Below, one piece after another: positions 45,610 to 53,408 of a DNA stretch of 64,000 nucleotides. The first letter of the stretch is position 1. Each line of letters starts with the position of its first letter. The position numbers were made by a program, and so were the translations under genes. Origin of the DNA: Candidatus Bathyarchaeia archaeon (GTDB taxonomy: Archaea; Thermoproteota; Bathyarchaeia; Bathyarchaeales; Bathycorpusculaceae); NCBI GenBank assembly GCA_038868055.1, contig JAWBXD010000001.1:10425-74424 (forward strand). The letters run 5' to 3'. Below the pieces are notes generated by a model that had not been told where the DNA came from, did no database searches, and worked only from the letters and a program-made list of their open reading frames with translations.

Positions 45610-46473
45610 TCATGTAGCCAACTCTTTTTTGAGGATATCCCGCATTTTGATGGCATCAACGTCCAGCACCGGGCTTTCGCTTATTATAACTGGGTTAAGC
45701 TTAAACTCTGCAACAACTTTTGCAAGCAGGGCGAAGTTGGGACCATACTCAGCCTCGTCTAGAGTATGATGACACTTTTCACCCTTCTCTGTAAACTCAA
45801 CCTTGGTGAAGTGACAATGCATGTTCTTAACGGTTTCTGCTCCTAAACGTCTTTCAATAGTTTCCACAACTCGGCGGAAGTCTGCAACTGTTTTGAATAG
45901 TCCTTTTTCCCTAGCATGTAAATGCGCCCAATCAATGACGGGTTGAGTTTGCTCGACGTTTTCGCAAAGGGCTAAAACCTCCTCCAAACTTCCAAGCTGG
46001 GAAGGTTTCCCCATGGTTTCAGGACCAAGTTTGACATTACGTATTCCAAGCGACTTCAAACTTCCAACAACATCTTTTAGAGCTTCCAAACAGCCAGCAA
46101 AAGCATCTTTCGGTGTTTTCTTGCCATAGAATCCTGGGTGGAAGACAACTACTTGAGCTTGCATCCACTGGGCAGCGGTGGCGCATGCCACCAAACGGGC
46201 TTTGCTGGCTTCAATTGTTTCTTTATTGCCGCAAAAGTTTATGAAGTAAGACGCGTGAAGGCTAAGCAACACATCGTTTTCTTTAGCCTTTAAGCCAAAT
46301 CTTTCCGCGTCCTCCCTTTTCATCTGAGGCTTTGCACCCCAACGAACCGCTTGATATTCAAAGGCATCAAGTCCCTCTTCCCGCAAAAGCCTAGGAACAT
46401 CCATTAAAGTGGCTTTCAAGGCTTTAAAGCCCGGAGGTACCCCTGCAGGCCCGAATCTTGGACGGTCAACCAT
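45610..46473 (-). CDS. nfo: Endonuclease IV-type AP endonuclease (xylose isomerase-like TIM barrel)
   Basis: 287 aa. HASYFINF, VVFHPG, LGPETMG, DWAHLHA and HCHFT metal-ligand blocks. Confidence 0.8.
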   Translation of the reverse strand: MVDRPRFGPAGVPPGFKALKATLMDVPRLLREEGLDAFEYQAVRWGAKPQMKREDAERFGLKAKENDVLLSLHASYFINFCGNKETIEASKARLVACATAAQWMQAQVVVFHPGFYGKKTPKDAFAGCLEALKDVVGSLKSLGIRNVKLGPETMGKPSQLGSLEEVLALCENVEQTQPVIDWAHLHAREKGLFKTVADFRRVVETIERRLGAETVKNMHCHFTKVEFTEKGEKCHHTLDEAEYGPNFALLAKVVAEFKLNPVIISESPVLDVDAIKMRDILKKELAT

Positions 46474-46492
46474 CTCTTAAGCCTCTAAAACT

Positions 46493-47329
46493 TTATTTCC
46501 TCTTGTAGCGATAACTTTTACGCACATAAACACCATAAGCCAAAACTGCAAGGGCGCAAACCCACGCGGCGAGGTTCTGGAAGACTAAATACTTGTCTAC
46601 GGGAGACAAGTCTGCCAAGGGCTTGGTCAACGACCCTAAGGCCGCGGCGAGGTTCCTAAGTCCAGGCGAGGCTGCCCTTATGGCGTCGTCTATGGATGAG
46701 CATATCCACTCAATTGGCGCGACTGCTTGAACAAAGCCGTTTAGGGCGCTGTTAGTTGCCTTTACGAACCCGAGGACCTGAGGGTTGGATTGATAAAGGC
46801 TTGCAAAGGCTCTGTAAACAAGCCATGGGTTTGCCAAAACGGAAACAAGCAACACCAAAGCCAGAAAAACAAACAGTACTGTTATGGCACTTTTCACGGT
46901 TGCCTTTGTAAAACTCAGTTTGTCCCAAACATAAGCTACGCCTTTAACCTTCAATAATCTGGCTTTCACTCTACTCCAAAAAGCGCTGATCCTAGCCCCT
47001 AACATGTTTTTTTCAGGAAGCTTAACCCTTTTTTGAGGCGACCTAATTTTTTCCGCCGGTTTCATGGCGACATATTTCACCATACAAGTCCAGCTTGCAA
47101 CGAGCACAATGATCGTTGAAATCGGAACTAGGTGGAAGAGTGCGCTAACCGTAAAGCCTAACCACGGAATCTGGAAACACGCATCGTCTTTTACACCGAT
47201 GTTCTTGGCATAGACAACGATTAAAAACTCAACGAACGCCGCAGAGGCTGTAAACAACATGAGTGCTGCGGCGCCTTTCAAGGTTGACCAGCGAAGCATC
47301 AAGCCGCCACGGGTTTTCTGTGTTGTCAA
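46493..47329 (-). CDS. Membrane protein, unknown function
   Basis: 278 aa, about 5 TM, basic loops, no recognisable catalytic motif. Confidence 0.55.
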   Translation of the reverse strand: MTTQKTRGGLMLRWSTLKGAAALMLFTASAAFVEFLIVVYAKNIGVKDDACFQIPWLGFTVSALFHLVPISTIIVLVASWTCMVKYVAMKPAEKIRSPQKRVKLPEKNMLGARISAFWSRVKARLLKVKGVAYVWDKLSFTKATVKSAITVLFVFLALVLLVSVLANPWLVYRAFASLYQSNPQVLGFVKATNSALNGFVQAVAPIEWICSSIDDAIRAASPGLRNLAAALGSLTKPLADLSPVDKYLVFQNLAAWVCALAVLAYGVYVRKSYRYKRK

Positions 47330-47411
47330 ACCATCACCAGTCGAACTTTTCTTGAAGAGACTCTGCCTCTTAGTGTTTCAAATAATTAGTTCAAGTTAAA
47401 AAAGGTGACTC

Positions 47412-47573
47412 TCAAAGTGGAAATTCGTGTCCACATTTTGGGCATTTAGCATATCCACACTGCACCGTGGAGGGGCACCCGGAACAAGCGAATGCTCTTC
47501 CGTAGGATATGTCAAAAGTGAAACCGCATCTTGTACAATGCACCAACCTTTTTGTTTTCGTCTTTACGTCCAT
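47412..47573 (-). CDS. Small Cys-rich zinc-ribbon protein (53 aa), not in the ORF track
   Basis: Manual reverse translation: MDVKTKTKRLVHCTRCGFTFDISYGRAFACSGCPSTVQCGYAKCPKCGHEFPL*. GAGGCGG lies about 4 nt upstream of the ATG. The + strand ORF 47427-47660 is its antisense shadow. Confidence 0.55.
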   Translation of the reverse strand: MDVKTKTKRLVHCTRCGFTFDISYGRAFACSGCPSTVQCGYAKCPKCGHEFPL

Positions 47574-47636
47574 TTTGCCGCCTCTATCCATAGAAGCATG
47601 AAATGCAACAAGACTTTAAACCTTTCTAGGTGTCGC

Positions 47637-47652
47637 TTCCATTTTAATGGAA
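47637..47652. promoter_or_regulatory. Inverted repeat TTCCATT-TT-AATGGAA in a divergent promoter region (candidate operator)
   Basis: 7-bp perfect arms separated by 2 bp, between the 53-aa Zn-ribbon gene (-) and the multi-Zn-ribbon gene (+). Confidence 0.3.
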
Positions 47653-47735
47653 AGCTTTAACCAGTGAATAAATTCTTATATTAAAGGTTGTGAACTTAAA
47701 TTAGGCTTGCGTAAAAGGCTGGGCGCAGAGTCTCA

Positions 47736-48719
47736 ATGCTGAAGGCTGGAAAACAAGAGCGGCTTGAACTATACAAGGAACGGAACGTTCAAGTTTTTCT
47801 AGGTAAGTTTCTAAGCGGGGAAATCAGCGAAGTTAAGCCAACCTTTGACCCAAAAGTGGGCTATAGATATCCAGAAGTTGAAGCAATTTTAGGGGAAGCG
47901 TTAAACGCCGAAGAATTTCTTGAAAGGCTTCATTCAGCTGGCGTCCTTGAAAGAAGGCTTTATGACAAAGTAATTTACTGTCCAAGTTGTGGCTCGCAGA
48001 GCATTTCAACTCGCTATTGTTGTCCATATTGCAAGTCTTTTAATATTCAGAAAGGCTCCTTGATTGAGCATGTTAAATGTGGTTACATGGATGTGGAAGA
48101 GAGGTTCCGGAAAGGCGGAAAACTTGTCTGTCCAAAATGCCACGAAGAACTGAAAAAGTTAGATTTTGACTACCGAAAGGCTGGAATATGGTGCACATGC
48201 AATGAATGTGGCAAAAGCTTCGACATACCCGTTCCAAGGCATTTCTGCAGAGACTGTCAGTCCGAATTCACGTTTGAAGAATTGGAAATTAAGGATGTTT
48301 ACGCTTACACATTGAACGAGAACGTGAAAGGCGAGATAACTGCCGGATGGATTTTCGTTGCCCCCATAAGAGAGTTTCTAGCCGAAAACGGATTTGAAGT
48401 GGAAGCCCCCGCCTTCATCAAGGGTAAGTCCGGTGCAAATCACATGTTCGACATAGCTGCCTACAAAGAAGGCAAGAAGGAAAAAGTAACGGTTTTGGAC
48501 GTGGCTATAGCCACAGAAAACGCCGTGCTTGAACAGCCGGTTATCGCGCTTTTCGCAAAAACGTATGACGTTTCACCGGATCACACTTTTCTGGTGGCGA
48601 TTCCAAAACTAAGCGACAACGCAAAAAAGATGGCTGAGCTCTACAACATAAACGTGATAGAAGCGAGGGACGCTAAAGAAGTAATGAAAGCTTTGAAAGA
48701 AAAACTAGCCAAGAAATAG
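47736..48719 (+). CDS. Multi-zinc-ribbon protein with a C-terminal restriction-endonuclease-like (apparently degenerate) domain
   Basis: Five CxxC pairs (CPSC, CPYC, CPKC, CNEC, CRDC) in residues ~80-175. C-terminal GANHMFDIAAYKEGKKEKVTVLDVAIAT... resembles a PD-(D/E)xK core without an obvious Lys. Confidence 0.7.
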   Translation: MLKAGKQERLELYKERNVQVFLGKFLSGEISEVKPTFDPKVGYRYPEVEAILGEALNAEEFLERLHSAGVLERRLYDKVIYCPSCGSQSISTRYCCPYCKSFNIQKGSLIEHVKCGYMDVEERFRKGGKLVCPKCHEELKKLDFDYRKAGIWCTCNECGKSFDIPVPRHFCRDCQSEFTFEELEIKDVYAYTLNENVKGEITAGWIFVAPIREFLAENGFEVEAPAFIKGKSGANHMFDIAAYKEGKKEKVTVLDVAIATENAVLEQPVIALFAKTYDVSPDHTFLVAIPKLSDNAKKMAELYNINVIEARDAKEVMKALKEKLAKK

Positions 48720-48728
48720 TTTTGAACG

Positions 48729-51176
48729 TTAGCTACGTGAAAATACTGCCATGTTCCCCCGCTCAGTTACGATTTTGACTATGAAATCCTCCATGGGTAA
48801 GGGTATGTTTTCCCGTGCGTAGTCAACTGTTTCACCCGGGCTTATGAAAAAGTCTGCATCATAGCGTACGTGTGCCTTTCTCGTTATGACCCATATGGCT
48901 ACGATGTGGACTGTTGATGCCCCCTCATTTTTTAGTGTGAGAACAGCTCCATACTTCAAGGTCGCTTCAAGCGTGAAGGTGTTTATGCTTACGGTTGTAG
49001 GGGTGCTGTCTAAGTTTTCGTCGTGGAGTGCAACCCTCACTGTGCCGTTGTTCGGGTTAATGTAGCATTGCCAAGAGCCCCCTAGGCTTACAGTGTAGTC
49101 TTTGAAGTATAACGTTGGGGGAAAAGCGGCTATTATATCGTAGCGTTGGTCCATCCAGTTATATGCTTCCAAAAGCCAACTTTCTCCTGTGTCGCTTGCT
49201 TTAAGGCTGATGTTGATTCCTATTGAGGATATATTTTCGACTGGATAATTTGTCAAGTTTATTGTGAAGTCGCCTTTAATGAATAGGCTGTACGTTTTTT
49301 CCTCCAATTGGGCTTTCAGTTCTATAAAGTCTAACCAAAGCTCAAAAGGCGACAATGTTTCTTTTACGGCTTTAACCTTCAGTTTCCACTTGCCAGTCGT
49401 TGGGTCTCTGAAGCTTGTGGCGTTAACGGTTATTGTTTGGCTTATGGTTATGTCGCTTGTACTCATCATGATGGAAACGTAGCCGTCACCGCTATTGGGG
49501 TATCCATCTGTTCGAAACAGTTGAAATGTTGTTGTTACGTTATCGGTTGTGCATTTGCCGTCCACCGTCCAGCTTAGAGTTGACCATTCTTCAGAATTGC
49601 CATTTCCAATAAACTCAACTTCGGCAATTTGCCTTGGAGGTGGTAAGCGTATGGCTAGTATGTCAGAGTTTTTAACGTAAACAGTCATAGCCGAGTTTAG
49701 GGTGCGATATTTTGTCGCAATAGTGTGGGAGTTATTGTTCAACGTTATGTTTTGTATGAAAACTTTGGGCACGTAGTCGTATATGTCTTGAGGCGTTATT
49801 TGTTGCCGTCCATAAACCACATCGTCTATTGCAAGGGCGGTTTCGTAGGCAAAACTTGTTGAAGAACCCCGTGTTGTTATTCCGCCTAAAATCAAATAGT
49901 TGCCAGCCCGTTCTGACGGTATGTTCAGTGATGTGTACGTCTGGAGCACTGTTTGGGTAGTTTGCGTTTGCGTCACTGTCGAGTTTGTATAGAACTCGAA
50001 AACATCTGTGAGCCTTATCGCTAAAAGGCTTATGTACTGCCAGTCCGCACTTGCAGTTGCGTCAACATCTGCTATCTGAAATTTAATGCTATGGGAACCA
50101 GCGGTGAAGTAACGGACAGCGACTATGGCAAAACAATGTTCTTCACTGGTGCTTGTATCTTCGATTCTTGCGTAGCTCCATGTAGATTCACCACCAATCA
50201 AATATGGGACATATTCTAATCCATTGTCGATGTTCAGCCTAACCGAAACAGAACTTGATGTTGAATCTGACTCAACCTTTGCACTCGCCCAGATTAGGTA
50301 GTAGCCAGCTGTTGAAGGGTTAATTGTTACCTCGTAAGTGTCTCCTTGGGCGTTTCCCCAAACGTTGTCCACATTTTGCTGTTCAGCAGGACTATAACCA
50401 TCCCTTGTGTACTCAATGTTTGGCAAGTTGTCAAGTCTTATCACATAAATTCCACCCCTCTGTGCAGTTACACTGGCACCAGAACTGGAAACAGCGATCT
50501 GCCACTTGAAAGTCACATTGTCTCCCGTTCCACTATAGATGTAAGCAAACATTTGGGGCATCACTTCGCTGTTAGCGATTTTAGGGCGATCCATATATCT
50601 GGCTAGGACGGCCGAATCTCGAACAAATTGCGCGTGCGCCTGACGCGATGTTGAGGAGCATGTTAACTCTATGTAGCCTAACACAAGGTAATCCGCTTGA
50701 TTTTCCGATTGGAATGACAAGGACAGATAGTCTGAGTATTGAGTTGAACTAACCGTGTAGGCTGTTTCTTTTGTCACGAAATAGTAAGTGACACCAGAAA
50801 CGCGGCTGCGAAACTTCATGTAATTGTTGTCTTTATCCCTTAAATCGGACACCGCGCCTGAAACAAGCTGGGTGCCGCCTAAAAGATTGTAGTTTTCCGG
50901 GTGAGATTTCCATTCGCCTCCAGGTGTTTTTTCTTCGGTGAATGTTCCAATAAGGTTGCTGTTTTCAAGACGTAGTGAAAGGGGTTTCACGTTTTGAATT
51001 TTCACGTTTTCCTGAGTTCTCTCCCAGTCAAATTGGCTCATTTGGTAGCTCCATAAGACTACGTTTGCAACTATCACTGTTATGAGGATTAGGCTTAGCA
51101 TTGCCACTAGAACATTGCTTAGACCCCGCTTTTCATGTCTAAACCTTCTAAGGTGCCTTGTAATAGCCTTCAACAC
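48729..51176 (-). CDS. 815-aa pilin-like protein (class III signal peptide plus three tandem beta-rich repeats plus a pilin-like C-terminal domain)
   Basis: N-terminus RHEKRG|LSNVLVAMLSLILITVIVANVVL. Repeats are marked by YLVLG...IRL (aa ~163-248), YYLIW...IRL (~292-389) and NYLILG...IRL (~426-511). 29-nt overlap with the upstream pilin gene. Confidence 0.75.
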   Translation of the reverse strand: MLKAITRHLRRFRHEKRGLSNVLVAMLSLILITVIVANVVLWSYQMSQFDWERTQENVKIQNVKPLSLRLENSNLIGTFTEEKTPGGEWKSHPENYNLLGGTQLVSGAVSDLRDKDNNYMKFRSRVSGVTYYFVTKETAYTVSSTQYSDYLSLSFQSENQADYLVLGYIELTCSSTSRQAHAQFVRDSAVLARYMDRPKIANSEVMPQMFAYIYSGTGDNVTFKWQIAVSSSGASVTAQRGGIYVIRLDNLPNIEYTRDGYSPAEQQNVDNVWGNAQGDTYEVTINPSTAGYYLIWASAKVESDSTSSSVSVRLNIDNGLEYVPYLIGGESTWSYARIEDTSTSEEHCFAIVAVRYFTAGSHSIKFQIADVDATASADWQYISLLAIRLTDVFEFYTNSTVTQTQTTQTVLQTYTSLNIPSERAGNYLILGGITTRGSSTSFAYETALAIDDVVYGRQQITPQDIYDYVPKVFIQNITLNNNSHTIATKYRTLNSAMTVYVKNSDILAIRLPPPRQIAEVEFIGNGNSEEWSTLSWTVDGKCTTDNVTTTFQLFRTDGYPNSGDGYVSIMMSTSDITISQTITVNATSFRDPTTGKWKLKVKAVKETLSPFELWLDFIELKAQLEEKTYSLFIKGDFTINLTNYPVENISSIGINISLKASDTGESWLLEAYNWMDQRYDIIAAFPPTLYFKDYTVSLGGSWQCYINPNNGTVRVALHDENLDSTPTTVSINTFTLEATLKYGAVLTLKNEGASTVHIVAIWVITRKAHVRYDADFFISPGETVDYARENIPLPMEDFIVKIVTERGNMAVFSRS
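49641..50789 (-). repeat. Three tandem ~125-135-codon protein-level repeats inside the 815-aa pilin-like gene
   Basis: Recurrent pattern [AG]xY[LY][VI][LI][GW]...S[ST]S...[FI]K[FWY][QR]...[IL]xxIRL, seen three times in the translation. Confidence 0.5.
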
Positions 51177-51570
51177 TGCTTCCCCTCAACGTTACAATTT
51201 TTATGCGATATGCTTTTCCGCTTTCCCATGAATATGCAATGTTCAACCATCCATGGTTGCCTATTTCTAAATCAAGTTCTGTAAAGGAACTTGTAGGGGT
51301 ATTGTTTATGTAGACTGCCGAGATGGTTACTGCAATCTTTCCCGTGTTGCGTATGTATATGCTTATGCGGCTGACCCCAGTTTCATTGTTGAACCAAACG
51401 TCCTCTATGATGAAGCGTTCACTCATAACCTCCCTAAGGTTCGCTGTAACCACGTAGGTGGTGGCGGCGGCTATTGACATGGCGGCTACAGCCACAACCA
51501 TAAGCAGAAGATTGCTCAACACCGGGCTTATAGCCCGCTTGTCCACGTGAAACCTCAAAAACAAACGCAT
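51148..51570 (-). CDS. Archaeal type IV pilin (class III signal peptide)
   Basis: MRLFLRFHVDKRA|ISPVLSNLLLMVVAVAAMSIAAATTYVV, then a beta-rich domain (IYIRNTGKIAVTISAVYINN). Confidence 0.8.
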   Translation of the reverse strand: MRLFLRFHVDKRAISPVLSNLLLMVVAVAAMSIAAATTYVVTANLREVMSERFIIEDVWFNNETGVSRISIYIRNTGKIAVTISAVYINNTPTSSFTELDLEIGNHGWLNIAYSWESGKAYRIKIVTLRGSSVEGYYKAP

Positions 51571-51581
51571 CCGTCACCCTC

Positions 51582-52394
51582 CTATAGAAAGAGTTTAATG
51601 GCTATGTAACCGCAAACCATCATTGCCAAGCTATGCTTTAATCCAGCGTTTATGGTGCCTTCGCCCATTTTGCCAGCTACCAAACCGCCGAAAAACGCTT
51701 GAATAACCGTTAGGTGAAAGAATAACCGTTTAACCTCTTCCGGCGCCATTATAGCTACGCCGAGCAGCGGCAAACCATGCACGTCCACAAAGAAGGACTT
51801 AAACAGCAGTATAATGGTAAATATGAAGACGAAGAAAGCCACATATATTATGGCGATGTATGGGCGTGTCTGGTTTCGCCTTTCTTTATGTAACAGCAGT
51901 GTTGACTGGACGAACTTGCCCATTGGATCAAAAACCTTTTCCACGTGTCCGCCTGAACGGTTTGCCTCAATTATAAGGGGGACTGTTCGCTGCACAAGAA
52001 CGGTGTTAACACGTTTGGCAAAAGCCACCAAAGCCTCCTCAAGAGTCATGCCCCAAGAAATCTGCGCCGTCATTTTCCGCAGCTCAACCGTCAGAGGACC
52101 AAAATCCCTCTTCGCTGCTTCCTCGAGGGCACGTGGCAAAGTCATGCCTGTCTCTTGAGCCTGCACTATGCTTCTGAAAAGGTCTGGCAGATGCTCGTCC
52201 ACGGCTTTCTTCCACCTATACTCGACATAATTTAGCACAGCAGGCGGAGTGAACGCAACTATAATAGCGAAAAAAACAAACTCGTCAAGGATGGCGGTTC
52301 CTCCAGCCTTTAAAAAGCCGAAAATGGTTATGGCTAAGGCTGCGGCAGATGTAAACCACACGGCTTGCTTCATTTTTTTCTCTATTTTTGGCAT
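51582..52394 (-). CDS. Type IV pilus platform protein, C-terminal half (single T2SSF domain, FlaJ/PilC/TadC-like)
   Basis: HLPDLFRSIVQAQETGMTLPRALEEAAK...MTLEEALVAFAKR, followed by TM helices. Confidence 0.8.
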   Translation of the reverse strand: MPKIEKKMKQAVWFTSAAALAITIFGFLKAGGTAILDEFVFFAIIVAFTPPAVLNYVEYRWKKAVDEHLPDLFRSIVQAQETGMTLPRALEEAAKRDFGPLTVELRKMTAQISWGMTLEEALVAFAKRVNTVLVQRTVPLIIEANRSGGHVEKVFDPMGKFVQSTLLLHKERRNQTRPYIAIIYVAFFVFIFTIILLFKSFFVDVHGLPLLGVAIMAPEEVKRLFFHLTVIQAFFGGLVAGKMGEGTINAGLKHSLAMMVCGYIAIKLFL

Positions 52395-52397
52395 GTT

Positions 52398-53408
52398 TCA
52401 CCACTTTGGCGAAATGGAATCCAAAATTATGAGGAACATTACGGAACAAACGGGGACACCAATGTACGTTAGTAGGTTAAGCAGTAAGTCCGGGCCAAGG
52501 GGGCCGAGGCTGCCGCCGCCCATCATGGCCATAACCGCAAGCATGATTATCAACAGCAGCGGCCCAGTCACAAGCAGAGCCACATAAAACTCTGAAAGAA
52601 TGGACAGCGTGTCCGAAAACTTTCGGAGACTTATTCGCTTCAGCTTCATGTGCTGCTTGGATCTTTCCCTCAAATAGGCGGCGAGGCTGCTTCCGGAATG
52701 TATCGTTGAAATAAAGCCTTCAAGCACCTCCCGGAACGACGTGGAAGGCGACCTCTTAGATGCATTTTCTAGAGCCGAAATTATGTCTAACCCAAAAATG
52801 TTAATATCGCGGATTATGTCCTTGGCTTCAGCTGAAACAGCAAGCGGCGTTGGAAGATTCGCCAGTGAATAAAAGATTTTCTCGGGTGGAACACCGGCAC
52901 TCGCCAAAATAGACATGTAACCAGTAGCGAAGGCCAATTCGTCTTCTAAATCTCGCCTAATTTTGTCAGCGCGGTAAACTGGGTAAACGTAGAATCCAAT
53001 AACTGAAAAGGCAGCTGCGAAAAGGCTGCCTCCAAAGCCAAACATTAGTGCTGGAAGGACTGATATTTTGAAGGCGAGAATTAGCACACATGGAATGCAC
53101 ACAAAAACGGCGAGAGCCACCAAACTTGTTGAAAAAACTATTAGGCTAACATAGGTCCTAAAATTGGCTTTAATGCCAGCCTTCTGCATGTGAATGCCTA
53201 AATCCTGAAAAAGAGGTAGAAAGGGACTGATTTTTCTGCCGACAAGCCTATAAGCAATAGAGGAAAAACTTTCGGCCTTGAACCCCCGACCAATACCGCC
53301 GCTTTCACCTACCTTTCTAATATTGGTTTCCGAACTGCTTTTTTTCAATGGCAAGTGCAGATTTTTGCAAATTTTTTTGAAAGCTTCAGATACCTTCGCC
53401 TTTTTCAT
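52398..53408 (-). CDS. Type IV pilus platform protein, N-terminal half (single T2SSF domain, FlaJ/PilC/TadB-like)
   Basis: LEDELAFATGYMSILASAGVPPEKIFYSLA...SSLAAYLRERSK plus TM helices. Its TGA stop (52400-52398) is in frame with the next gene. Confidence 0.8.
   Translation of the reverse strand: MKKAKVSEAFKKICKNLHLPLKKSSSETNIRKVGESGGIGRGFKAESFSSIAYRLVGRKISPFLPLFQDLGIHMQKAGIKANFRTYVSLIVFSTSLVALAVFVCIPCVLILAFKISVLPALMFGFGGSLFAAAFSVIGFYVYPVYRADKIRRDLEDELAFATGYMSILASAGVPPEKIFYSLANLPTPLAVSAEAKDIIRDINIFGLDIISALENASKRSPSTSFREVLEGFISTIHSGSSLAAYLRERSKQHMKLKRISLRKFSDTLSILSEFYVALLVTGPLLLIIMLAVMAMMGGGSLGPLGPDLLLNLLTYIGVPVCSVMFLIILDSISPKW

Noticed and set aside
52398-52400. Selenocysteine as the explanation for the in-frame TGA in the platform gene
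   Set aside because: I noticed no SECIS-like stem-loop downstream. Membrane platform proteins are not known selenoproteins, and an SD plus ATG follows immediately. It remains only a remote alternative within the finding.
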